Shown piece by piece: positions 51,675 through 58,756 of a DNA stretch of 64,000 nt; positions within the stretch are counted from its first letter, which is position 1; each line of letters begins with the position of its first letter. Both the position numbers and the translations under genes were made by a program. The DNA lies in the IMG/VR virus record IMGVR_UViG_3300044568_003163, positions 14,879 through 78,878 of that record; one strand, written 5' to 3'. Under the pieces are notes generated by a model that saw only the letters and a list, made by a program, of their open reading frames with translations, did no database searches and was not told the origin of the DNA. The DNA comes from a virus.

Positions 51675-51850
51675 AATAAAAAGTTTGTCACCGGCACAGA
51701 TTGGTGAATACCCAAGTACAACCGAATGTACCCGATACCTTACTAACAAAATGAACGGATCTGTGTTTCCTGTATGCGGCAAGTGACCTCCTTCCTTGCT
51801 TGTGTTTCCGTATCGATGTGTGCGGCAACATACCATTTTGAGTTCAACAA
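51675..51850 (-). other. GC-richer non-coding segment with long-range complementarity (candidate structured ncRNA)
   Basis: no plausible ORF; CACAGAT (51695-51701) complementary to ATCTGTG (51769-51775). Confidence 0.25.
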
Positions 51851-51858
51851 ACTTCTTG

Positions 51859-51931
51859 TAGCGGGAGCAGGACTCGAACCTGCGACCTTTGGGTTATGAG
51901 CCCACTGAGCTACCAACTGCTCTATCCCGCA
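51859..51931 (-). tRNA. initiator tRNA-fMet (CAU)
   Basis: closely parallels E. coli tRNA-fMet: GAGC-AGTTGGTA-GCTC, GTGGG-CTCATAA-CCCAA, 1:72 mismatch. Confidence 0.7.
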
Positions 51932-51957
51932 ATATACCTTTTAAGTAGAACCATCAA

Positions 51958-52149
51958 CTATATTTCTGTTGATGATTCTAATTGTCTTAATTTTAAACCT
52001 TCTTCAATTGTTTGAATGATGTCCTCAATTATTTGAGCTCGCGTAACATCAAAGTTACCATTCATTCCATTCAAATCTTTTGCATCAATTGCAATAGATC
52101 CTACTGACTTACCGTCTTTCTGTAATTCAATTACTAATGTATCAAACAT
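51958..52149 (-). CDS. hypothetical small protein
   Basis: 63-aa ORF. Confidence 0.4.
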   Translation of the reverse strand: MFDTLVIELQKDGKSVGSIAIDAKDLNGMNGNFDVTRAQIIEDIIQTIEEGLKLRQLESSTEI

Positions 52150-52214
52150 AATATAGCTTTTTATTTAATTGTTTTATGCAATTTGAAATAAATTGTTTCT
52201 CTTCTTATTAACAT

Positions 52215-52673
52215 CTATCTACAGATTCTATCAGCTACATATGAAGCCGAGCATGCATCTGGTTTACATCTAGCGTTATAACCTAATGATTCTACATAAC
52301 CTAAAGCAGAACGCAGAATTGAATTAGATTGATACTTAGGGTCTGGATTAAAATCCAAATCAATAAATGCAGGTTTTTCAATATCATTAGCTTCAAGCCA
52401 TTGAGCTAATTCAACTGAATCTTCTACCTCTTTCCAAAGTCTAGTAAATCTATCTAAGATTCTAGGAATTGATTTACGAGAGTAGATAACGTGACCTCCT
52501 CGATTACCGTAATGTAAAACAATAACCATTGCGTAAATTGTATTTCTTCCAATATTTTGCGAATCTGAACCGATATACATTTTGATGTCTTTACCAGTTG
52601 CGAGTTTGTCCTTTAAATAAGGAATTAAGTCAATTACTTGACCGTTTGTTAACGATTGAAATTTCCGGTCCAT
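52215..52673 (-). CDS. hypothetical protein
   Basis: 152-aa ORF between tRNA sub-clusters. Confidence 0.5.
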   Translation of the reverse strand: MDRKFQSLTNGQVIDLIPYLKDKLATGKDIKMYIGSDSQNIGRNTIYAMVIVLHYGNRGGHVIYSRKSIPRILDRFTRLWKEVEDSVELAQWLEANDIEKPAFIDLDFNPDPKYQSNSILRSALGYVESLGYNARCKPDACSASYVADRICR

Positions 52674-52692
52674 GATTATTAAATTTATGTTA

Positions 52693-52764
52693 GAGGCGAG
52701 TATAGGATTCGAACCTATGTAACTGATTTTGCAGACCAGCGCCTAACCGCTCGGCCAACTCGCC
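52693..52764 (-). tRNA. tRNA-Cys (GCA)
   Basis: acceptor GGCGAGT/ACTCGCC, anticodon arm CTGGT-CTGCAAA-ATCAG, T-arm ATAGGTTCGAATCCTAT. Confidence 0.75.
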
Positions 52765-52769
52765 ATTTG

Positions 52770-52841
52770 TGACTCTAGAGAGACTCGAACTCCCATCTCC
52801 TGATCCGTAGTCAAGTGTTCTATCCATTGAACTATAGAGCC
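52770..52841 (-). tRNA. tRNA-Arg (ACG)
   Basis: D GTTC-AATGGATA-GAAC, anticodon arm CTTGA-CTACGGA-TCAGG. Confidence 0.75.
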
Positions 52842-52850
52842 ATTATTTTG

Positions 52851-52923
52851 TCGGGAAGACAGGACTCGAACCTGCGGCCTCATGCTCCCAAAGCACGCGA
52901 TCTACCAACTGATCTACTTCCCG
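52851..52923 (-). tRNA. tRNA-Pro (UGG)
   Basis: C1-G72 acceptor CGGGAAG/CTTCCCG, anticodon arm CGTGC-TTTGGGA-GCATG. Confidence 0.75.
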
Positions 52924-52969
52924 TGGCAGAGAGGCTTTTGAAGTGCCCTGCTAGTTCATCTTTTAATTT

Positions 52970-53044
52970 GTCGAATAGACAGGAATCGAACCTGCTAACT
53001 GATACGTCCAAGGTACCCGTGCTTAAAACCTTAGTCACTACTCG
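52970..53044 (-). tRNA. tRNA, probable Pro (UGG) second copy with irregular D-arm
   Basis: acceptor CGAGTAG/CTATTCG, anticodon loop CTTGGAC, T-arm GCAGGTTCGATTCCTGT. Confidence 0.45.
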
Positions 53045-53048
53045 TTTA

Positions 53049-53095
53049 AAAACAAAAAAGCCTGAATCGGTTGAATGATTCAGGCTTTTATATGA
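53049..53095 (-). terminator. hairpin + T-run immediately upstream of tRNA (terminator/processing element)
   Basis: minus: AAGCCTGAATCATTCAACCGATTCAGGCTTTTTTGTTTTTAA. Confidence 0.45.
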
Positions 53096-53224
53096 TGATG
53101 TTACTTTATATCATTCAAAAACCTGCATACCATTCTCACATGCCTCAGGACGAGGGCATTCTACTGTTAACTGCGATGTTGTTAGTATGTGTGAAAGTAT
53201 TAACATTTTAATTTTTATTAGCAA

Positions 53225-53290
53225 AGACTCTTTATCTTTGTTTAGTTCTTTTATATATCTTTTATATGTTCCGTTATTGCGGAAGTTTCA
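53225..53290. repeat. conserved AT-rich element (copy 2 of 3)
   Basis: ttatatatcttttatatgttccgttattgcggaagtttcaaaattattttattc. Confidence 0.45.
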
Positions 53291-53442
53291 AAATTATTTT
53301 ATTCTTTTCTATTTGTGCTTTAATCTTAGCAATCTTTTCTGGACTAGGATTTCTATCTATCGTATACGAAACACCCATCTTGTCCATGTAATCGTAAAGA
53401 AGTTGCATATCTTCATTAGTAGTTTTAGTTGTTTTCATAATA
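53274..53442 (-). CDS. small hypothetical ORF (~55 aa)
   Basis: MKTTKTTNEDMQLLYDYMDKMGVSYTIDRNPSPEKIAKIKAQIEKNKIILKLPQ; below ORF-track cutoff. Confidence 0.3.
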
Positions 53443-53450
53443 ACTATTTG

Positions 53451-53524
53451 AGCGGATATTCGGATTCGAACCGAAACTTCAGACTTGGAAGGCCCACGTG
53501 CTAGCCGTTAAACACCATACCCGC
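53451..53524 (-). tRNA. tRNA-Gly (UCC)
   Basis: acceptor GCGGGTA/TATCCGC, anticodon loop CTTCCAA, T-arm TTCGGTTCGAATCCGAA. Confidence 0.6.
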
Positions 53525-53534
53525 ATTTTGTTTG

Positions 53535-53607
53535 AGCAATAAATCAGATTCGAACTGACGACCTCTACCTTGGCAAGGTAATGCTCTACCAACTGAGCTA
53601 TTATTGC
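53535..53607 (-). tRNA. tRNA-Gly (GCC)
   Basis: acceptor GCAATAA/TTATTGC, D GCTC-AGTTGGTA-GAGC, anticodon loop TTGCCAA. Confidence 0.75.
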
Positions 53608-53674
53608 ATTTGAAGGACTTGCACCTTCTGGACATGGTTTGTTTCGCCTAAGTCGCCATGTCAACAGACCCGAG

Positions 53675-53746
53675 AGGGCAGAGTGAGATTCGAACTCACG
53701 ACCAGTTGATTAACAGTCAACTGCTCTACCGCTGAGCTATCCACCC
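53675..53746 (-). tRNA. tRNA-Asn (GUU)
   Basis: anticodon arm GTTGA-CTGTTAA-TCAAC, T-arm GTGAGTTCGAATCTCAC. Confidence 0.7.
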
Positions 53747-53752
53747 TTATTG

Positions 53753-53863
53753 CAGGAATGTAAGGAATCGAACCTTAGCATCTTCCGAGACAGGGAGTAA
53801 TTTATGCAGAATACAATCTTCGCAGATTGAGTTTTAAGCGTGCTACCATTACACCACATTCCT
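53753..53863 (-). tRNA. atypical 111-nt tRNA-like gene with ~38-nt insertion containing a GNRA hairpin
   Basis: perfect acceptor AGGAATG/CATTCCT, D GTGT-AATGGTA-GCAC, T-arm TAAGGTTCGATTCCTTA; 60 nt between D- and T-arms; inserted hairpin AATCTGCGAAGATT. Confidence 0.4.
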
Positions 53864-53869
53864 GTATTT

Positions 53870-53995
53870 TGTGGGCTCATATGGGCTCGAACCATAATCT
53901 CTTCCTAATGACATCCTACCATACTAAAAAGGAATCGAACCTTAGACTCATTATCGAGAAAGCGCTTTGCCAATTAAGCTAATCGCCCATGTAGT
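53870..53995 (-). other. two tRNA-like remnants (T-loops at 53885 and 53931) without complete cloverleafs
   Basis: TATGGTTCGAGCCCATA and TAAGGTTCGATTCCTT motifs; 5' half GGGCGAT-TA-GCTT-AATTGGCA-AAGC lacks matching 3' acceptor. Confidence 0.2.
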
Positions 53996-54127
53996 GAAGA
54001 ATCCTAGACTCGAACTAGGAATGTCAATTAAGACGCCGGTTTTACATCCTTTAAATTGCTGAATAAACACTTTGCACAGTGTTTGCCTTTTTGGACCGGA
54101 GCGTTTACCAATTCCGCCAATTCTTCA
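53991..54127 (-). other. 137-nt tRNA-like gene (class II, Tyr-like GUA loop) with ~46-nt internal insertion, tentative
   Basis: acceptor GAAGAAT/ATTCTTC, D GCGG-AATTGGTAA-ACGC, T-arm CTAGTTCGAGTCTAG; CCGGT...TGTAAA-ACCGG enclosing AACACTGTGCAAAGTGTT hairpin. Confidence 0.3.
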
Positions 54128-54133
54128 TTATTG

Positions 54134-54205
54134 TTCTCCCGCTGGGAGTCGAACCCAGCCTCATAGATTAAAAGTCTATTGCCCACACCAGTCTGCTACG
54201 AGAGA
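54134..54205 (-). tRNA. tRNA-Lys (UUU)
   Basis: anticodon arm ATAGA-CTTTTAA-TCTAT, T-arm CTGGGTTCGACTCCCAG. Confidence 0.65.
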
Positions 54206-54291
54206 TTGTAAAGTTTTCTATTGCCAACCTCTCAACAGTGTAGAGTATTGACCTATCTATGTTTTCGCTTCATGTTCATTATATTATTTAG

Positions 54292-54365
54292 TGGCCAAGC
54301 CTGGACTCGAACCAGGGACCTTCGCATTATGAGTGCGCCGCTCTAACCAACTGAGCTACATGGCC
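54292..54365 (-). tRNA. elongator tRNA-Met (CAU)
   Basis: parallels E. coli tRNA-Met: GCTC-AGTTGGTTA-GAGC, GCGCA-CTCATAA-TGCGA, T-arm CCTGGTTCGAGTCCAGG. Confidence 0.75.
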
Positions 54366-54481
54366 AAAAATGTAGGGTTATCCGGTACCTACACTGATTA
54401 ATGACAATCAGACCATCGTTCACCACCTGTAAGAGCCTAACGATAGATACTGTACTTGCTTACACTCAAGTATCCGCTGGG

Positions 54482-54555
54482 TAGCGAGGACCGGGATCGA
54501 ACCGGCGACCTTTGGTTTATGAATCCAATGTTACTACCAACTGAACTACCTCGCC
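54482..54555 (-). tRNA. tRNA with CAU anticodon (Ile2-lysidine or extra Met)
   Basis: acceptor GGCGAGG/CCTCGCT, anticodon loop TTCATAA, T-arm GCCGGTTCGATCCCGGT. Confidence 0.6.
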
Positions 54556-54594
54556 AAATTGTAAGTTTTGAATGGACTTACAACCATTGATAGA

Positions 54595-54825
54595 TTATTG
54601 GTGATGAGGAATATACTTTCCGTTCTTAACTCTAACTGCCAGTTTGGTCACGTTAAAATTCCAACAATCAAATGTACTTAATGCAGATCTTTGTTTTGCA
54701 AGACTAATGGCTTGCTTTTCTGCTTTTTCTCGACCTTCTTCCGTTGTTTCGACGAAAAAAGTGGGAGCCTGAACACCAGTCTTACTGGTAGGAACTACTC
54801 TCCAAATTCTCAAATTAGTAATCAT
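54595..54825 (-). CDS. hypothetical small protein
   Basis: 76-aa ORF. Confidence 0.4.
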   Translation of the reverse strand: MITNLRIWRVVPTSKTGVQAPTFFVETTEEGREKAEKQAISLAKQRSALSTFDCWNFNVTKLAVRVKNGKYIPHHQ

Positions 54826-54905
54826 AAGTTTTAGCTAAGCTAGACCTATGAGGAATTGTACGATTTTGTTGACATTTGATTTATATTTTTTTATTATATG
54901 TTCGA

Positions 54906-55352
54906 TTAAGCCAGAGATTCAATAACCTCTTTTACTAATTTTGTATCGGCAAGACCTGGAAATTTCTTAACGAAAGCACCCATAGTCATACCTATTAATT
55001 TTTGTTTGTTTAATTCTAAAACAGAACCGAGTAAAACATTAACTTCAGTTTCAATTTCAGCTCTAGTCATTTGCTTTGGCAAGTACTTTTCAATAACACC
55101 TAATTCATTAGCTTCAGATTCCACTAAATCGAATCGACCAGCTTTTGTAAATTCTTCAATAGATTGTCTACGTTGTTTGATTGTAGAAATTACTGCATTT
55201 AGAACTAACTCATCAGTAAGTGGACCAGCATGCTTTGCCTTTTCAGCATCTTGGATTTTTGCCTTTAATCCACTTAATGCATTCTTCGCAATCGCGTTTT
55301 TCTCTTTGAATGCTACTATATAGTCAGCATTGATTGTTTCTCTTAAATTCAT
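54906..55352 (-). CDS. GatB/YqeY-domain protein
   Basis: 148 aa; LTDELVLNAVISTIKQRRQSIEEFTKAGRFDLVESEANELGVIEKYLPKQM matches YqeY pattern (LS--E-L----K---QRRES-E-F-KAGR-DL---E--EL-I---YLP). Confidence 0.8.
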   Translation of the reverse strand: MNLRETINADYIVAFKEKNAIAKNALSGLKAKIQDAEKAKHAGPLTDELVLNAVISTIKQRRQSIEEFTKAGRFDLVESEANELGVIEKYLPKQMTRAEIETEVNVLLGSVLELNKQKLIGMTMGAFVKKFPGLADTKLVKEVIESLA

Positions 55353-55368
55353 CTTTACTAATTTTTAG

Positions 55369-55449
55369 TGGGCAACAGTGGACTCGAACCACTCCCGTGA
55401 GGACCAGATTTACAGTCTGGCTGCCGTATCCGAACGACTTTTGCGGCCC
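55369..55449 (-). tRNA. tRNA-Tyr (GUA), class II
   Basis: anticodon arm CCAGA-CTGTAAA-TCTGG and variable arm TCCTCACGGGAG as in E. coli tRNA-Tyr; T-arm AGTGGTTCGAGTCCACT; imperfect acceptor. Confidence 0.6.
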
Positions 55450-55458
55450 ATTATATTG

Positions 55459-55532
55459 TGACTCCTCTGGGACTCGAACCCAGGACTCCCTCATTAAAAG
55501 TGAGGTGCTCTAGCCGACTGAGCTAAGAAGTC
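55459..55532 (-). tRNA. tRNA-Lys (UUU), second copy
   Basis: acceptor GACTTCT/AGGAGTC, anticodon arm CCTCA-CTTTTAA-TGAGG, T-arm CTGGGTTCGAGTCCCAG. Confidence 0.75.
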
Positions 55533-55542
55533 ATTGTAATAG

Positions 55543-55616
55543 CAGTCCTAACGGAATTCGAATCCGCAATCTCTTCCGTGACAGGGAAGCGTCATACGCC
55601 AATATGCTGTAGGACT
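55543..55616 (-). tRNA. tRNA-Asp (GUC)
   Basis: acceptor AGTCCTA/TAGGACT, anticodon arm CTTCC-CTGTCAC-GGAAG, T-arm GCGGATTCGAATTCCGT. Confidence 0.7.
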
Positions 55617-55703
55617 ATATAAAAATTATTTAGTTTAAGCTCCTTTAAACCATGTAATTTCAGGGAGCTATTTGAGCTTATGCATGGAACTAAATAATAA
55701 TTG

Positions 55704-55777
55704 CCGAGATGACGGGACTCGAACCCGTGACCTTCGCCGTGACAGGGCGACATTGTAACCAACTCTACTACACCTCG
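55704..55777 (-). tRNA. tRNA-Asp (GUC), second copy
   Basis: anticodon arm TCGCC-CTGTCAC-GGCGA, T-arm ACGGGTTCGAGTCCCGT. Confidence 0.65.
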
Positions 55778-55836
55778 ATTTCTAATTTCACGCTCACACT
55801 ATGCAGTTCTATAAATTAGTAACAGTCTCATCTGGG

Positions 55837-55910
55837 CTCTCCTGACTGGATTCGAACCAGTAACCCTCACCTTAACAGGGTGTCGCTCTAACCGTTGGAG
55901 CTACAGGAGA
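55837..55910 (-). tRNA. tRNA-Asn (GUU), second copy
   Basis: acceptor TCTCCTG/CAGGAGA, anticodon loop CTGTTAA, T-arm ACTGGTTCGAATCCAGT. Confidence 0.7.
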
Positions 55911-55914
55911 ATAT

Positions 55915-55995
55915 TTGATGTTTTAATTATAAGACAAATATAAACAATGTCATTGACATATGAAAATATTTAATCAAATAGTTATTAACAATTTG
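55915..55995 (-). promoter_or_regulatory. intergenic cassette class A inside tRNA array (between tRNA-Ala and tRNA-Asn)
   Basis: minus: TTGTTAATAACTATTTGATTAAATATTTTCATATGTCAATGACATTGTTTATATTTGTCTTAT. Confidence 0.5.
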
Positions 55996-56067
55996 TGGAG
56001 CTACCGGGATTCGAACCCGGAATAACAGAGTGCAAGTCTATCGTGATGCCAATTTCACTATAGCCCC
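55996..56067 (-). tRNA. tRNA-Ala (UGC) with G3:U70
   Basis: acceptor GGGGCTA/TAGCTCC (G3:U70), anticodon arm ATAGA-CTTGCAC-TCTGT, T-arm CCGGGTTCGAATCCCGG. Confidence 0.8.
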
Positions 56068-56077
56068 ATTAAATTTG

Positions 56078-56152
56078 TAGGAGATGACGGAATCGAACCG
56101 ACGACCTTTTGCGTGTAAAACAAACGCTCTAAACCAACTGAGCTAATCTCCT
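56078..56152 (-). tRNA. tRNA-Val (UAC)
   Basis: acceptor AGGAGAT/ATCTCCT, anticodon loop TTTACAC, T-arm GTCGGTTCGATTCCGTC. Confidence 0.8.
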
Positions 56153-56158
56153 AAATTG

Positions 56159-56232
56159 TAGGTAATATGAGACTCGAACTCATAACCTCCTCGGTATCAG
56201 CGAGGTGCTCTAACCAATTGAGCTAACTACCT
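56159..56232 (-). tRNA. tRNA-Ile (GAU)
   Basis: anticodon arm CCTCG-CTGATAC-CGAGG, T-arm ATGAGTTCGAGTCTCAT. Confidence 0.8.
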
Positions 56233-56239
56233 GTGGCAG

Positions 56240-56310
56240 CACGAATGGAAGGATTCGAACCTTCATCGACGGTTTTGGAGACCGGCATGCTACCATTGCA
56301 CCACACTCGT
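56240..56310 (-). tRNA. tRNA-Trp (CCA)
   Basis: anticodon loop CTCCAAA, T-arm GAAGGTTCGAATCCTTC. Confidence 0.75.
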
Positions 56311-56317
56311 ATTTTAG

Positions 56318-56390
56318 TGGTAAGGGACGGGATCGAACCGTCATCATCGGATTTTCAGTCCGCTGCATAGACCAACTTTGCTACCTCACC
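56318..56390 (-). tRNA. tRNA-Phe (GAA)
   Basis: acceptor GGTGAGG/CCTTACC, anticodon loop CTGAAAA, T-arm GACGGTTCGATCCCGTC. Confidence 0.8.
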
Positions 56391-56392
56391 AA

Positions 56393-56435
56393 AAACAAAA
56401 AACCTCTGAATTTTTGAAGATTCAGAGGTTAAAGT
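56393..56435 (-). terminator. hairpin + T-run immediately upstream of tRNA-Phe (terminator/processing element)
   Basis: minus: AACCTCTGAATCTTCAAAAATTCAGAGGTTTTTTGTTTTTGG. Confidence 0.45.
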
Positions 56436-56559
56436 ATATTGTATTAAAATATCGATACTACATCCGAATCACATTGCTATCCACATAATCATTCCCGGCA
56501 AACTTAATCGCCCAGTCAAAATTCATGTTAATATTTATGTTAGTAGTAGGTATCATTTT

Positions 56560-56640
56560 ATTGATGTTTTAATATTGTTTTATATATACTGTTATATGTT
56601 CTAAATTTCAAAAAGTTTCAACTTATTTTTATATTATTTT
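56560..56640. repeat. conserved AT-rich element (copy 3 of 3)
   Basis: ttttatatatactgttatatgttctaaatttcaaaaagtttcaacttatttttatat. Confidence 0.5.
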
Positions 56641-56648
56641 AATCTTAG

Positions 56649-57212
56649 TTAGTCCCACCAAGAATCATATTCTTTAGCGAAGATTTCCATTGCTAAAGCA
56701 AAGTCTTTACTTCTATTCAAATGAGCAATTTTCATACCCATTATGTATTCTTTGTTCTTTTTTCTCAGCTGAGCAGGTGTATATCGCTCATCATTCCTAT
56801 CCATCAATCTGTGGCAATCTGGACGATCTTCGCAAGGAATAGTATAGTAATCTGACTTACCCCATTTAGCGTCATGCTTTTCTCTATATGGCTCGTCGTA
56901 GTTATCTTCATGCACTTTCGTTAATAACTCTAAACATTCAGTCATCGTTCGAATTTGCTTTTCGCGATTCTCATCGACTGTATGGCCATGGTCTTTAACG
57001 TATTTGATATGAGCTTTCAACTTAAAAAGAATTGGTTCCATAATGTAATGGTTATCCCAATCTCTATCTCGCCATACAATAGGCATCCATCGAATTATAT
57101 TCTTAATTCCTCTCACAAAATCCTTGGAAGGAATCTTGACGTATTCCTTCCAATAAAATTTTGCATTGTCTACCGCTTCTTCAACGTAGAACTTAATTCG
57201 TTCGTTTATCAT
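56649..57212 (-). CDS. hypothetical protein
   Basis: 187-aa ORF downstream of RNA ligase gene. Confidence 0.5.
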   Translation of the reverse strand: MINERIKFYVEEAVDNAKFYWKEYVKIPSKDFVRGIKNIIRWMPIVWRDRDWDNHYIMEPILFKLKAHIKYVKDHGHTVDENREKQIRTMTECLELLTKVHEDNYDEPYREKHDAKWGKSDYYTIPCEDRPDCHRLMDRNDERYTPAQLRKKNKEYIMGMKIAHLNRSKDFALAMEIFAKEYDSWWD

Positions 57213-57226
57213 ATTGATGTTATTGA

Positions 57227-58543
57227 TTAACCTTCAGCTTCTTCGGTATCAATTACTCCAGAATCTTTTACGATTCCTTCAAGTACTTTGAATTCGAAAG
57301 ACTTGAATTTGAATGTTTTGTTTACCAAACCACCTTCAATTCTTACACAAACTCCTTCTTTGATATGTCTAGTATCTAAGATAGATGGACCAGTTCCGAA
57401 TGTTTCGACGGTGTTGCTGAAATATTCTCGCAAATCTCTATCATCGAATTTATGAGTGATTGCTTCTAATTCGTTTAAGGTTATCGTAGCAACATGTGGT
57501 ACAGTTTTTACACCTAATTCATTACAACGTTTTACAACATCATTCCAAGCATAATCGATAGATTGACCATCTTCATTAGCAAATGTCATACGGTAAACAT
57601 AAACCTCAGATTGAGTAGGTTCACAACCATAAGAATAAGCCATAGACTTACCGTATTGTTTCGTAAACTCTTTATCACCCATTTTGGTTGTATCAACAGA
57701 TGGCATAATTGCAGCTCCTGTAGATTCGTAACCTACAATTTCAAAATAAACGGTTTCACCTTTTCTTAAGTTACCTTTGAATAAGTTCATTGCTTTATCT
57801 CGGATGGTTGGGTCATGGAATTGATTTGCGGATTTTGATTCTCCTAAAACAACTCTACGAGTACCATTCAAATAAGCCCATTCTTTGTCGTTGATAGCTA
57901 ATCCAAATTTAGTAACAAGTTTTTCTAACCAACCTAATTCTCTAGTCATTTGAACGTGACCAATACGACCTGAAGTACCGTGAAGTTTTTCAGTAATAAT
58001 GATGTGTTGACCCTTTTCAAATTCGTGGATACTCTTACCAAAGTGTCCGGTATCAAAATGTTCTTTGAACATTACAGAAGATCTAGAAACTCGGGTTTTC
58101 TTACCTTGATTTTCTCTAGCAATTTTAGCCGTATTTGGATTTACATATTTGTTACAGATAGGTACACCTTTCCATTCGTCAAATTCAAATCCTTCTACAT
58201 CTAAACCAGTTACCATAATGAATCCAAAGTAATGTAATGGAACCCAGAAACCATCAGAGATTTCACCTCTAAATTTTTGAGCTCTTACTCTTCGGTTTGC
58301 ATCGAACATTCCACCTTTCTCATCTTTTCTAGCATTTAACTCGGCATCACGATAAAGGTTGTTTGCTTTACAGAACTCATCGGATAACTGACCATCAGAT
58401 GGAAAGTAAACTCCTAAATGTCCTTCTAAAGAATCTAAACCAATTACTACTTGATTACCGTGACAAGTTGCTAATTGAACTTTGTCTGCGTTAGGATGTG
58501 GTCTCACGTTTGTCAACCTAGTGACGATTGCATTGTATGCCAT
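57227..58543 (-). CDS. ATP-dependent RNA ligase-like nucleotidyltransferase (Rnl2/Rnl5-like)
   Basis: 438 aa; motif I IIITEKLHGTSGRIG (cf. T4 Rnl2 EKIHGTN, recalled); ~170-aa N-terminal domain. Confidence 0.55.
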   Translation of the reverse strand: MAYNAIVTRLTNVRPHPNADKVQLATCHGNQVVIGLDSLEGHLGVYFPSDGQLSDEFCKANNLYRDAELNARKDEKGGMFDANRRVRAQKFRGEISDGFWVPLHYFGFIMVTGLDVEGFEFDEWKGVPICNKYVNPNTAKIARENQGKKTRVSRSSVMFKEHFDTGHFGKSIHEFEKGQHIIITEKLHGTSGRIGHVQMTRELGWLEKLVTKFGLAINDKEWAYLNGTRRVVLGESKSANQFHDPTIRDKAMNLFKGNLRKGETVYFEIVGYESTGAAIMPSVDTTKMGDKEFTKQYGKSMAYSYGCEPTQSEVYVYRMTFANEDGQSIDYAWNDVVKRCNELGVKTVPHVATITLNELEAITHKFDDRDLREYFSNTVETFGTGPSILDTRHIKEGVCVRIEGGLVNKTFKFKSFEFKVLEGIVKDSGVIDTEEAEG

Positions 58544-58549
58544 GATTTC

Positions 58550-58628
58550 GTATTTTTAATTTATAAGACAAATATAATCAATGTCTTCGACACTTGAAAA
58601 TAATTTCTCATTAAGTTATTAACAATTA
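58550..58628 (-). promoter_or_regulatory. intergenic cassette class A upstream of RNA ligase gene
   Basis: minus: TTGTTAATAACTTAATGAGAAATTATTTTCAAGTGTCGAAGACATTGATTATATTTGTCTTAT. Confidence 0.5.
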
Positions 58629-58740
58629 GTAGTCAGAACAGGATTCGAACCTGTATGGTGTTACCTAGAGTACTCAATACAGAGCGGTAAATCGGTTACG
58701 AACCATTACTCTTAGCGTCTTCCAATTCCGCCACCTGACT
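58629..58740 (-). other. isolated ~110-nt tRNA-like gene (class II Leu-like D-arm) with extra internal sequence, next to RNA ligase gene
   Basis: acceptor AGTCAGG/TCTGACT, D GCGG-AATTGGAAG-ACGC, T-arm ACAGGTTCGAATCCTGT; anticodon arm not resolved. Confidence 0.3.
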
Positions 58741-58756
58741 CGATAGAACTAGCCTA

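Noticed and set aside
48714-53664. ORFs 48714-49022(+), 49511-49798(-), 50796-51023(+), 51651-51836(-), 52815-53078(+), 53187-53504(+), 53479-53664(-)
   Set aside because: All overlap tRNA genes or AT-rich spacers in the tRNA array. Their compositions are low-complexity and they lack promoter cassettes.
53870-53900. T-loop-like motif TATGGTTCGAGCCCATA as an independent tRNA
   Set aside because: No acceptor, D-arm or anticodon-arm partners could be found within 90 nt, and it overlaps the span needed by the adjacent tRNA-like remnant. It is treated as a degenerate fragment.
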